From contig NC_069003.1 in assembly GCF_001194135.2 (NCBI RefSeq), positions 9,779,613 to 9,843,612 on the forward strand: 64,000 nt of DNA, written 5' to 3'. Under the pieces are notes generated by a model that was given only the letters and a program-made list of their open reading frames with translations, had not been told where the DNA came from and did not search any database. A program made the translations under genes and the position numbers. This DNA is from Octopus bimaculoides. Taxonomy: Eukaryota. Position 1 is the first letter of the stretch. Every line of letters begins with the position of its first letter. Of this stretch, positions 1-15,430 are shown one piece after another.

Positions 1-280
1 CTACAACATCACTATTCTCTCTCCTACACTGTCTTGCAACCCGAAATACCTCGAGTCTTTGGTCCTCACGGCGCAGAACATTGGCAAATCTTTCCTTATC
101 TGCTTCCCCTCTGGCTAAATAAACCTGTCGCCTAGCCTCCCTTCTGGCACATTGGTACAATTCCCTGCTACCACCGTTCTTCCAGTCCTTCCAAGCTTGT
201 TTCTTTTGTCTAATAGCCCTGTCTACCTCCTTGTTCCACCACCACGTTACTCTGGGTTGGGAGGGGACCTTACACCACCC
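1..280 (-). mobile_element. RTE-clade LINE ORF2 fragment (EN-RT linker), truncated by window edge
   Basis: Minus strand reads ...PRVTWWWNKEVDRAIRQKKQAWKDWKNGGSRELYQCARREARRQVYLARGEADKERFANVLRREDQRLEVFRVARQ, the WW-N linker typical of RTE ORF2. Confidence 0.75.
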
Positions 281-1190
281 ACAAATCTGGTCGGTGGCTT
301 TCAACCCTATATGCTGATATAGGGTGAAATTAATAATTAATAATTTCACCAAGTAGTTTGGTATGTTAAAAGAACCATTATCGGTAAACTTATACAAAAA
401 TTTTATAATTATAAGCATAATTATAATTAGGGTTCAGCAAAATTGCTTCACCACATACCAAAATTTAGAAATAGCAGTTAAATACTATTCCAGTGCTTTT
501 ACGTGCCACTAGCACAAGGACCAGTCAGGCGGTTCTGGCAACGACTGCACTCAAAAGGTGTTTTTTAGCATTGTCATTCTAGCCTTTTTTCATACAATCA
601 CATATAATTCATCCCAAAAAACCAGCCTTTACATAAGAGTTTAACTTCCACTAGCGGAAGCTATACACATCTTTCAGAAAGTTCCATAGCAATATAACTT
701 TATGCAGCATTCACTGTTAGTTTAAGTGCAGGCTATGATGCAAGACAGAATAAAGGGGCTTTTGTTAGCTTATCTCTCCGAAAAAATAGCTCCCTTTGCT
801 AATGAATAAAATAAACTCACAGAGGGGAAATTCCAGCATCTTCCTTCAATTTCCTTACACCATTTATGTGGCTGTTTCTGACAAGAAATTTCGCTTTCAT
901 GTAAAACAACTATATTTTGTAGTCATTATCCATAATCTATTCCCAAAACACTTCAGTAGTTCTACTTTGCATCACTTGCAAATTTATATGTTTTATGATC
1001 ATTAAAGTACAACAACCTCCACAATAACCAGTCTTCAATTTGGTTTTCTGTTCCTAGGTTAATCAGAGACATAGATTGCTGTGCTACTCATAAACCTTCC
1101 CAGTAGTTCAATTATTTGGTGAAAAAAATACCACCAAAGCAACTTAAACCATCCAAAAGATGGGTACATTTGATGATAATGATATACACC

Positions 1191-1645
1191 TTGAAGTATA
1201 TTTACCACTTAAATGTGGCTAACCACTAAGGGTGGATGCTACTTTAGCTTGTAGCCCCAGGAGGACACTTTCTCCAGCTGGCTATTGACACGCATTCTGT
1301 GCCCTATCAGTATTTGCAAAGGGAAGCCATCCTTCCCATCGTCGACCTGACGTGATATGCACAGACCTGGGTTTCTAGGTATTTACCCATCATCAGCGCA
1401 CAACAATCACCGGTCTTCGATGCGAAGGGGTCCCAATGCATATACATATATCCTTTTTCCAGTGACGCAAATTCACTGATCTCGAAAAAGTGTAAACAAG
1501 CAATAATAAATCTCTGAACGAAGTATAAACAGTAGCTGCACGACAACGTGAAGTATATTTGCCACTTAAATGCGGCTAACCACTAAGGGTGAATGCTACT
1601 GTAGTTTGTAGCCCTCAGAGAACATCTCCTCCAGCTGGCTATTGA

Positions 1646-1681
<36 letters not shown>

Positions 1682-2069
1682 NNNNNNNNNNNNNNNNNNN
1701 NNNNNNNNNNNNNNNNNNNNNNNNNNNNNNNNNNNNNNNNNNNNNNNNNNNNNNNNNNNNNNNNNNNNNNNNNNNNNNNNNNNNNNNNNNNNNNNNNNNN
1801 NNNNNNNNNNNNNNNNNNNNNNNNNNNNNNNNNNNNNNNNNNNNNNNNNNNNNNNNNNNNNNNNNNNNNNNNNNNNNNNNNNNNNNNNNNNNNNNNNNNN
1901 NNNNNNNNNNNNNNNNNNNNNNNNNNNNNNNNNNNNNNNNNNNNNNNNNNNNCAAATTCACTGATCTCGAAAAAGTGTAAACAAGCAATAATAAATCTCT
2001 GAACGAAGTATAAACAGTAGCTGCACGACAACGTGAAGTATATTTGCCACTTAAATGTGGCTGACCACT
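1191..2069 (-). mobile_element. Tandem array (~2.5 units, 357-nt period) of a hammerhead-containing non-coding repeat; candidate non-LTR retrozyme
   Basis: gaagtatattt(a/g)ccacttaaatg(t/c)ggct recurs at 1193, 1550 and 2035; 1469-1585 is nearly identical to 1953-2069; hammerhead at 1352-1410; N-gap 1682-1952 hides part of unit 2. Confidence 0.8.
1352..1410 (-). ncRNA. Type I hammerhead ribozyme (copy 1)
   Basis: RC = gtgattgt tgtgcg CTGATGA tgggt aaat accta GAAA cccagG TC tgtgca t atcac; core CUGAUGA/GAAA/GUC intact; predicted cleavage between 1364 and 1363. Confidence 0.8.
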
Positions 2070-2071
2070 GT

Positions 2072-2282
2072 ATTATGCCATCTTCCCAACTCATAAATAT
2101 CTTTTCACCAACTTTAAAGAATCTTGCTATGTCTTCCCTGGCACTTTTTCTTTTCTTGCCAGGTAGCAATTTATCAAAGACTGATTTTACTTTCCTTGCA
2201 AACATCAACTCTGCTGGTGAGCTGCCTGCTGATGTATTTGGATTTCATGTCACATGGTACACTTAAAAATTGTTGAAGGTTT
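2072..2282 (-). mobile_element. Gypsy LTR retrotransposon integrase C-terminal fragment
   Basis: LQQFLSV(fs)YHVT*NPNTSAGSSPAELMFARKVKSVFDKLLPGKK...FKVGEKIFMSWEDGII, matching the YRxTP...GxSPAELMFGR integrase tail. Confidence 0.75.
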
Positions 2283-2532
2283 GCTCGTACCTTCTGTAGT
2301 ATGATGCTTCAAAGGTAACTCCTTTATCAGGTTCATATTTGAACTCTGTCATGGAGTTTTCTGGTGAGAACACTTTTTCTGAATTTCCTGACGACTTCAT
2401 TAATTGCAGCATTTGTTGCTGTAATAGTACTTGCTGTTCTTCTTCTTCTTTCAGTTGTTGTTGTTGTTGCAACCAGAGCACATCAACCAACAAAATTTCC
2501 ATAATTTTTACAATTTTCTTCATAACATTCAC
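2283..2532 (-). mobile_element. Gypsy gag N-terminal fragment
   Basis: Q-rich start then NSMTEFKYEPDKGVTFEASYYRRYE, resembling the gag N-terminus of Mag/Cer-type Gypsy elements. Confidence 0.6.
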
Positions 2533-2669
2533 ACAACAAAACTCTGTGATTTTCTCAACTTCTCATGAGTTGTTAATTCCTCATAGAGTTTCTTAATTCC
2601 TCGTAGAGTTGTGTAAATCCTCGTCGAGTTTATTAATTCATCATGAGTTGTTTAAATCCTTATCACCAT

Positions 2670-2857
2670 TGTTATAATACTTTTAAATGTTGGACTGTTA
2701 TAACGCCTACTTCAGTATACAGAATATTTAGTGAAACCAGTGAAGACACAACTATCTCTGACTGCCTACTACATACTCTGGTACTTCCTGTACTTCTCTT
2801 TACTTATAATGACTAGGTTATTCCATTCATTATGTGAGAGGGGTGTACCCTACAACA
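2670..2857 (-). mobile_element. 5' LTR (188 bp) of the Gypsy remnant, followed by a PBS
   Basis: TG...CA ends with short inverted termini (TGTTGTA...TATAACA on minus); immediately followed by TGGTGATAAGGAT (2668-2656), a TGGCGACGAGGAT-like PBS. Confidence 0.7.
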
Positions 2858-3165
2858 TAATAAAAAAATAAAAAAATAATCGATTTTCAGACACGATAAC
2901 TATAGCAGCATCTGGCAACGCAGACCTCCCTCAGACCCAGGTATCCTATGCTTGCTCCTTTCTCTCATTCAGTTGCTTTCAAGCCTCAGTTGCTTTAGAA
3001 TGAAAATAATGCTGAAAAATAAAAATCCGACATATGACCAGATTGACTTACGACTTGTCATTTGGAGTGGAACTCGGTTTTAAGTCAAGAAAAAGGTGTA
3101 GATTCATTTAAACCCAAACTCAACGATATTTTTTGCACAAGACCATCAATATCAAAGGCAGGGTA

Positions 3166-3493
3166 CCATATTTTCCGGTCTATAAAACACATCAATATTT
3201 AAGCCACAGGGCTGAATTTAGGGGAAAATTTTGGTTTTATCCACACATAAAGTACACCAGCATTTAAAGCACACTGGTGTTTAAAGGATTTAAACAGCAT
3301 AAATGAATCCATGGTCTGTTCATGGCACAAAAAAGAATATTCACAACTGACCAAAAAGACCAAAAGAGCAAATCATGGCAAGAAAGCGAGATGGCCAGTC
3401 CTAGAAAAATACATACATTAGGCGCACCATTCTATAAGCCACACACTAAATTTCCCAGGTAAAAAGTAGTGGCTTATATACTGGAAAATACAG
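3166..3493. mobile_element. Tc1/mariner-superfamily (pogo/Tc2-like) MITE
   Basis: Imperfect 25-bp TIRs ccatattttccggtctataa / ttatatactggaaaatacag, flanked by TA on both sides (3164-3165, 3494-3495). Confidence 0.65.
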
Positions 3494-3769
3494 TAAGTCA
3501 ATTACACAAAAGTATGGAGAAAAATACCTCCAACCATAGACTGCTGTCTACAATTCTCCTCTTATCATCAAACAATAAACCTGACCTTTTCTTTAATGGC
3601 AGATCATTTTCAGAAATATTCTTGAATCTTGAGATTATCTCCTTTTTTCAAGCGGAACTAGTTGTAACTGCCATGGGATGTCCCCTAGAACTGGAGAGAA
3701 CTTTACTAAATGGATTTATGTTGTATGGTATTTAATACACCTGTATATTAAATGCAACTGGCATCCGTA

Positions 3770-3975
3770 CTGGTGGCAGATAAAAGTACCTGTTACACCC
3801 TGAAAAGTGGTTGGCATTAGGAAGGGCATCCAGCTGTAGAAAACCATGCCAGATCAGACTGGAGTCTGGTGCAGCCTTCCAGCTTACCAGCCCTGTTCAA
3901 ACCGTCCAACCCATACCAGCATGGACAACAGACGTTAAACAATGATGATGATGACGACAACAACGATGATGATGT
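3770..3975 (+). mobile_element. RTE-3'-tail-derived repeat (family D) ending in (GAT)n
   Basis: gtggttggcattaggaagggcatccagctgtagaa...gacgttaaacaatgatgat; many homologues in window. Confidence 0.7.
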
Positions 3976-4329
3976 TGTTGAAGATGGCGATGATATGGCT
4001 ATGCAGTCTTTCCATATCTTTCAGCACCTCTACAAAAGTTATATTCTTCCAGCGAAATACATTTAGATAACATTGTGTGTTACTGAACAAACAAGTATCG
4101 AAACTTGAATCTTTATCATTAGCACTGGTGTGATTTTGGTTTAGAAATCCTGGCACAGTGTGAATTTACAGTTCCATGCACACATGGTATCTCAAGTTTA
4201 AATAATGCTATCGCTTCGAGTAATAGAGAAACTGTGTTTTGTCGGTAATATCTTCATGAAAATATCTACCGAAATAAAGATATTTCCACATCTTTAACTT
4301 TGAAGATTTCAACTACATCTTAAATTTAG

Positions 4330-9120
<4,791 letters not shown>

Positions 9121-9585
9121 AAAACAGATAAGATTATTAGTTCCAATAGTTTCAATTTATACCATAGAATGTATACTAAGGACATTGATTTATCTCAAGT
9201 GAGTCTTCATTGGTTGGTTAGTTCTGTTGGCATGGTAACTGGCAGATGACTTATGATTGGTATTTCAGTCCCTCATCTCACTTATTCTATCTCTCACCCT
9301 CTATCTCCCCATTTATCTATCCACCATCCCATCTATCTGTCTATCTATCTATCTCCCCATTCATCCATCCATCGATCTACCTATCTATCAATCTATCTCT
9401 GTTAATCTATATGTCTGTCTTTCTTAGTTTCTCTCAAGCTTCTCTCTGATTGAAATATTTTATCGATCTATCTATCTACCTATATAGATCTATCTATCTA
9501 ACCAACCATACATCATCTGTGATGATGTATATGTATATATATATGAATATATATATACACATATATACATATAGTCACAAGCATG

Positions 9586-9730
9586 AGTGGCTGTGTGGTT
9601 AAGAAGGTTGCTTCCCAACCATGTGGCTGTGGGTTCGTTCCCACCATACAGCACATTGGGTAAGTGGCTTCTACTATAGCCCAGAGTTAACCAAAGTCTT
9701 GTGAGTGGACTTGGTTGGCAGAAAGTGAAA
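9586..9730 (+). mobile_element. SINE family B (CORE-like) 5' part, host of a nested SINE
   Basis: gagtggctgtgtggttaagaagg...ttgggtaagtggcttctactatagc...gtgagtggacttgg. Confidence 0.75.
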
Positions 9731-9961
9731 GGCGGCGAGCTGGCAGAAACGTTAGCACACCGGGCGAAATGCTTAGTAGTATTTCATCTGCCGTTACGTC
9801 CTGAGTTCAGATTCCACCAACGTCGACTTTGCCTTTCATCCTTTTGGGGTCGATAAATTAAGTACCAGTTATGCACTGGGGTCGATCTAATCGACTTAAT
9901 CCCTTTGTCTGTCCTTGTTTGTCCCCTCTATATTTAGCCCCTTGTGGGCAATAAAGAAATA
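9731..9961 (+). mobile_element. SINE family A1 (tRNA head, Deu/Nin-like core), full length, 11-bp TSD
   Basis: ggcggcgagctggcagaaacg...gcctttcatccttttggggtcgataaattaagtacc...aataaagaaata; TSD agaaagtgaaa at 9720-9730 and 9962-9972. Confidence 0.9.
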
Positions 9962-10016
9962 AGAAAGTGAAAGTAGCTCAGCATGGAAAAAGGGATGTTA
10001 AATGATGGTGATAATG

Positions 10017-10083
<67 letters not shown>

Positions 10084-10112
10084 ATATAAGGCTAGTTCTT
10101 CAGGTGGGATAA

Positions 10113-11590
10113 AGCTGAGGTAGCAACACTGACTGCTGGATGCTACATGAGTCATCTGAGAGAGGAGCAATGTCACCTGATTGCTTGTTGCCTTAGCTGT
10201 GGTAGCAACATTGATTGCTGGATGCTACACGAGTCATCCGAGAGAGCAATGTCACCTGATTGCTTGTTACCTTAGCTGAGGTAGCAACACTGACTGCTGG
10301 ATGCTACATGAGTCAGTTGTGGAAGCTGATTGCTTCCTGAGCTAAATGCAACAGTAAAATCATCTGATTGCATGAGAATACAACAGTGCTCTATCAGCAG
10401 CCTTTGTTGAGATAGAGATGCTGATTGCTAAATGATTCATCTGAGAGATTAATATCACCTGATTGCTTGTCGATTCAGCTGACATAACACTGTTGATTAC
10501 TAGCTGAGTCATCTGAGTTAGCAATGTCACCTGATTGCTTGCTGACTAAGCAGCAGTAACAATGTTGATTGTTAGTTAAGAAGGCAAGCTGGCAGAATCA
10601 TTAGCACACTGGGCAAAATGCTTAGTGGCATTTCATCTGTTTTTATGCTCTGAGTTCAAATTCTGGCGAGGTCAACTTTGCCTTTCATCCTTTCAGGGTC
10701 GATAAATTAAGTACCAGTTGCGTACTGGGGTCAATCTAATCCATTTAATCCCTTTGTCTGTCCCCTCTATGTTTAGCCTCTTGTGGGCAATAAAGAAATA
10801 AGAAACGTGAGCATGCTGGGCGAAATGCTTAGCGGTATTTCACCTGTTTTTACATTCTGAGTTCAAATTCCGTTGAGGCCGACTTTGCCTTTCATCCTTC
10901 CGGGGTCGATAAATTAAGTACCAGTTGAGTACTGGGGTCGATCTTATCGACTGGTCCCCCTCACCCAAAATTTTGGACCTTGTGCCAAGAGTAGAAAAGA
11001 ATGTTATTTGCTTTTTGAGTTAGATGAGATAAGAAATTCACCTGAGTCAGCCAAAGCAACAAAGACATGTAGTTACCACATATGTCAGCTGAAGAGGTAA
11101 TGTCACCTGATTGCTTGTTAATTTAGCTGAAATAACAATGTTAACTGCTAACAGCTACCTGAGATAACAAAGTCGCCCGATTGCTAGTTTACTCAGCAAC
11201 ACCAGTGGCTGGTGCCTTCTTGAATTAACTGGGACAGGAAGATCACCTGATTGCTAGTTGAGTTAGCAATGTTGATTGCTGGTTGCTTCTTGAGTTTACT
11301 GAGACAGCAGAGTTTCCAGATTACTTGTTAGGTGAGCAACATTGATTCGGCTCTCATTTGCAGTAACAATGTTGACTGCTCTTTGCTTTCAAAGTTTTTT
11401 TCTTTTATATGTTTCAGCCCAAAGACTGTGGCCATGCTGGAGCACCACCAGTAGGACTATAAATAGTCCAGCTATTTATTAAAAATCCATCAATTAAACA
11501 TCGCCAGTTGAAACAGCAAAATCACCTGATTGCTTGTTGAGAAAGCAATGTTGATTCAGCAATTTTAATTGCTGGTTGCTTGATATATCT
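10113..11590. repeat. Degenerate ~80-bp minisatellite rich in tcacctgattgct, split by SINEs
   Basis: Units start at 10113, 10195, 10274 (periods 82 and 79); the motif recurs to ~11535. Confidence 0.8.
10581..11000 (+). mobile_element. SINE A1 followed by or nested in SINE A2
   Basis: Two consecutive tRNA-head/core units; first tail aataaagaaataagaa, second tail ccccaaaattttggaccttgtgcc. Confidence 0.85.
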
Positions 11591-12046
11591 TTGTAATTTG
11601 AGGCAGCAAATTTGGCAGAGTCATTAGAGTATAATTCAGAATGCCTTGTAATATTTGATTAGAATCTTTGAGCTCTAAGTTCGAATCTCACAAAGGTTAA
11701 ACTTTACCTTTCGTCCTTCTGGGGTTAGTAAAGTATCATTCTAGTGGTTGGCTGGTTGAATTGGTGAAACTGTTAAAATGTTGATCACAATACCTTGCAG
11801 TTTTTGTTCCAGCTCTTTGCATTCATATGGCAATTTCTTGTGACAACATTGTTGCCTTGCCTTCTCTGGTGATTGCATCAGGGCAAAAAATTAAGTGACT
11901 TTGTCATCTGTCCTTTGGAGACCCCCATCAGTTGTGGGGAGAAACCACAAAGTCTTTGATCCAGAGGTCGTTCACAGAGATCCAAAATATGAAGTGCAAG
12001 AGCTTGGCATAGTAAAGCACCATTGGTGAGCTCTGGGGAAAAGCTG

Positions 12047-12274
12047 TTCTTTCATTCTTTTATTTGTTTCAGTTATTTGACTGCAGCCATGCTGGAGCAC
12101 CACCTTTAGTCGAACAAATAAACCCCAGGACTTATTCTTTGTAAGCCTTATACTTTTTCTATCGGTCTCTTTAGTTACAGAGATGTAAACACACCAGCAT
12201 TGGTTATCAAGCAATGGTGAGGTGGGGACCAACACAGACACACAAACATATACANNNNNNNNNNNNNNNNNNNN

Positions 12275-12305
<31 letters not shown>

Positions 12306-12460
12306 TGACAGGCTTCTTTCAGTTTCCGTCTACCAAATCCATTCACAAGGCTTTGGTTGACCCGAGGCTACAGTAGAAGATACTTGCCCAAGATGCCATC
12401 CAGTGGGGCTGAATCTAGAACCATGTGGTTGATAAGCAAGCTATTTATCACACACCCACT
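12047..12460 (-). mobile_element. SINE family B with internal microsatellite
   Basis: ttgtttcagttatttgactgcagccatgctggagcacc...(TA)n...ggcttctttcagtttccgtctaccaaatcc. Confidence 0.9.
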
Positions 12461-12709
12461 TTTGTTGGATATGATTTTTTTTTTTTTCTTGTTAGGGGCC
12501 ATCAAATGATGACGATGATAATATAGCAATCTTATTGGCTGGTGAACACTGAGATTTAAGGGATTTTAACCAAAGATACAGAACAATGCAGGTAATCAGA
12601 TAAGAACCCCCACAATAACATCAATGGCAGGAAGAGAAAAGTAAATATGTATGGCCAACGGCTGGTCTTATGAAAAGCAAAAAGAAAAAAACTCTGCTTA
12701 GACTTACCC

Positions 12710-12750
12710 CACAAAGAGGTATTTCCTAGCTGCAGATAATCAGATTGTCT
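12710..12750 (-). CDS. Possible small internal exon (unassigned)
   Basis: Minus strand ttgatttcttttaaag|41 nt|gtaagt; one open frame (QSDYLQLGNTSLWG); no homology evidence. Confidence 0.2.
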
Positions 12751-13761
12751 TTAAAAGAAATCAAGGACCAAAGAGTTAACCATAGCATATGTCAAAGCGT
12801 TGACAAATTACTAGTTGATTGAATTTAAGTATTTATGTAATAGCATTAAATTTTCAATTGACGAGGTATCAGTCTATGTCCTAACAAGGATATAACAATT
12901 TATATAAATTACGAACATGTCAAATATCAAATATCGCATTAGCTAGAAATCTTCAGGGAAAATGGTTTTATTGATTTGTAATATGGTAAATGCTTCCGAT
13001 AATTATTTTGATAATATCCTTTGAATAATCATGCCTACATTTGGTTTTGATGGCAAGTATATCAAACGTTTCTGTGGGGACCAAATATATGAATGGTTTT
13101 TGTTGGAAACGTCTGTCGCAATTAGCTTTAGATTATTTTAAATCGCTTTAAAACAACCAGTTTATGTAAAATAAAGAGGAATATTAATACAGAGAAATGT
13201 TTCAGATAATTGCTTTTGAAAAACTCAAATAAAGGAGCGGCAAAATTTTAGAAATATATTCCTAGTGATTGAATATTATTAATTCATATTAACCATTCCC
13301 CATCGGCCATTTATTTTTCTCCTTCCGATAGCATCCATTTTGTTTCATTTTTGTATGTATTTTCGAATCCAAATTTTTATATCTTGTTAATTTATATTAA
13401 CATCTAGTCTAATTACTGCCATTAATTTCTCACTGGAACAGTGAAAATAACATAAAAATATGGAAATAAAGCTATCAACTAAACTAAGAAACTTTATATG
13501 GTTCTTGTTTTTGATATAGTGAGTTCCATGAAAACTGTGCAATGTCAAAAAGCAGACGATATCCATGTGCATAATTTTATCAACATTGAACAATTGTTAT
13601 TCAAATGTTTATCTAAAAGTGATCCAGTGAAAGTGTGAGCAGAGAAAAATAACAAAAACCCTTTGGTGTTAAGTTTCAAGCACTGAGCATGTTATTTCCT
13701 TCTATATATCATATTCATTGACTCACTAACAAAACTAAATAACAAGCCGTGTTTACTGACT

Positions 13762-14105
13762 AGGCGTGGCTGTGTGGTAAGAAGCTTGCTTCCCAACCAC
13801 ATGGTTCCAGGTTCAATCCAACAGCATGGCACCTTGAACAAGTGTCTTCTACTATAGCCTCAGGCTGACTGAAGTTTTTTAGGTAGATTTCGTTGATGAA
13901 AACTGAAAGAAGTTCATTGCATATGTGTGTGTGTGTGTGTGTGCTTATGTTCCTGTAACTTAGTGGTTCAGCAAAAGAAACTGATAGAATAAGTACTAAG
14001 CTTAAAAATAAAGTTAAGTCATAAGGTCAGTATGTTCTACTAAAAGCCCTTCAAGGTGGTGCTCCAGAATGGCCTCAGTCAAATGATTGAAACAAGTAGA
14101 AGAAA
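13762..14105 (+). mobile_element. SINE family B
   Basis: ggcgtggctgtgtggtaagaagcttgcttcccaaccac...gactgattgaaacaagtag-like tail. Confidence 0.85.
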
Positions 14106-14123
14106 TAAAATACTACATATCGA

Positions 14124-14495
14124 TGCAGGCCTGGCTGTGTGGTTAAGAAGTTTGCTTTGCACTCACACAATTTCAGGTTCAGTCCCACTGTGGGGCAACT
14201 TAAGTAAATGTCTTCTATTATAGCCCTGTGAGTGAATCCGGTTGATGGAAACTGTGTGGAAACCCATCGTGTGTATGTGAGTTTGTAAGTATGTCTATCT
14301 TTGTAATTGTTTCCCACACTGCTTGATAACCAATGCTGGTTTGTTTACGACCCTGTAACTGAGCAATTCAGAAAAAGAGACCAACAGAATAAATACTAGA
14401 CATTTTGAAAGAAATATATACTGGGATCGATTTGTTCAACTAAAACCCTTCAAGGTGGTGCCCCAGCATGGCTGCAGTGCAATGACTGAAACAAG
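14124..14495 (+). mobile_element. SINE family B (second tandem copy)
   Basis: Same head, core and tail as the preceding copy. Confidence 0.85.
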
Positions 14496-14889
14496 GATCT
14501 TGGGTTCGTATCTTGCTACCACTATTGTTCTGTATCTTTGATTAAAATCCCTTAATTTTCAGTATTCACCAACCAGTAAAACAGATACTGTAAAATGGAT
14601 ATATTATTATTATTATTATTATCATGATTTGGTGACCCCCCACCCACCCAACAGAAAAAAATAAATCACACCCCACAGCTCTTCTCCAGAGCTCACCAAC
14701 TGTGTATTACTACACTAAGATCTCGCACTTCCTATTTTGCATACCCATGCTAGCATGGAAAGTGGACGTTAAATGATGATGATGATGTCAGTGACAACTG
14801 GATCAAAGACTTTGTGGTTTCTCCTTCCAACTGGTGGAGATCTCCAAAGGACAAATGACAAAGCTACCTCACTTTTTGCACTAAAGCAA

Positions 14890-15085
14890 TTTCCAGAAGC
14901 CAGTTCCACATAAAAGCACCCAGTACACTCTGTAAAGTGGTCGGCAGTAGGAAGGGCATCCAGCCATAGAAACCATGCCAAAACAGACAACTGGAGCCTG
15001 GTGCAGCTCCCAAGCTGGTTATCTCCTGTCAAACCATCCAACCTGTGCCAACATGGAAAACAGACATTAAATGAAGAAGATGATG
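14890..15085 (+). mobile_element. RTE-tail repeat (family D)
   Basis: taaaagcacccagtacactc...gaagggcatccag...acattaaatgaagaagatg. Confidence 0.7.
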
Positions 15086-15279
15086 GTGTTACTTCACTCT
15101 TTGTGAGGCAAAAGTTAAAATCTCATAAATTCATTTCGGTGTTGGATGCATTTTCTATGAAAGATTTTCTGCTCTGTATAGAAGTTAACTATAACAATCA
15201 GCTAATCACTTTTGAAGCTTTTTATGAAGTGTTGATGTCTTTCAACTGTACAAGACAACTGACTCAACAAAAACATCAG

Positions 15280-15430
15280 CATCATCATTTACTGTCCGAT
15301 TTCCATGCTGGAATGGATTAAACAGTTTGACAGGGGCTAGCAAGGTTGGAGAGCTGCCCTGAGTTCCATGTCTGTTTTGGCATGGTATCAACAACTGGAT
15401 GCCCTTCCTAATGCCAATCACTTTACAGAA
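15280..15430 (-). mobile_element. RTE-tail repeat (family D)
   Basis: catcatcatttactgtccgatttccatgct...ctggatgcccttcctaatgccaa. Confidence 0.7.

Noticed and set aside
1953-2069. Third retrozyme unit as an assembly duplication
   Set aside because: It differs from unit 2 at two positions (tgcggctaa vs tgtggctga), so it is kept as a probable real copy, though allelic collapse cannot be fully excluded.
2564-2660. CRISPR-like short repeats (also 54990-55105)
   Set aside because: Contiguous repeats without unique spacers, no cas genes, eukaryotic context.
9731-9820. tRNA genes at SINE heads
   Set aside because: A/B-box-like heads continue into SINE cores and do not give a full cloverleaf; treated as SINEs.
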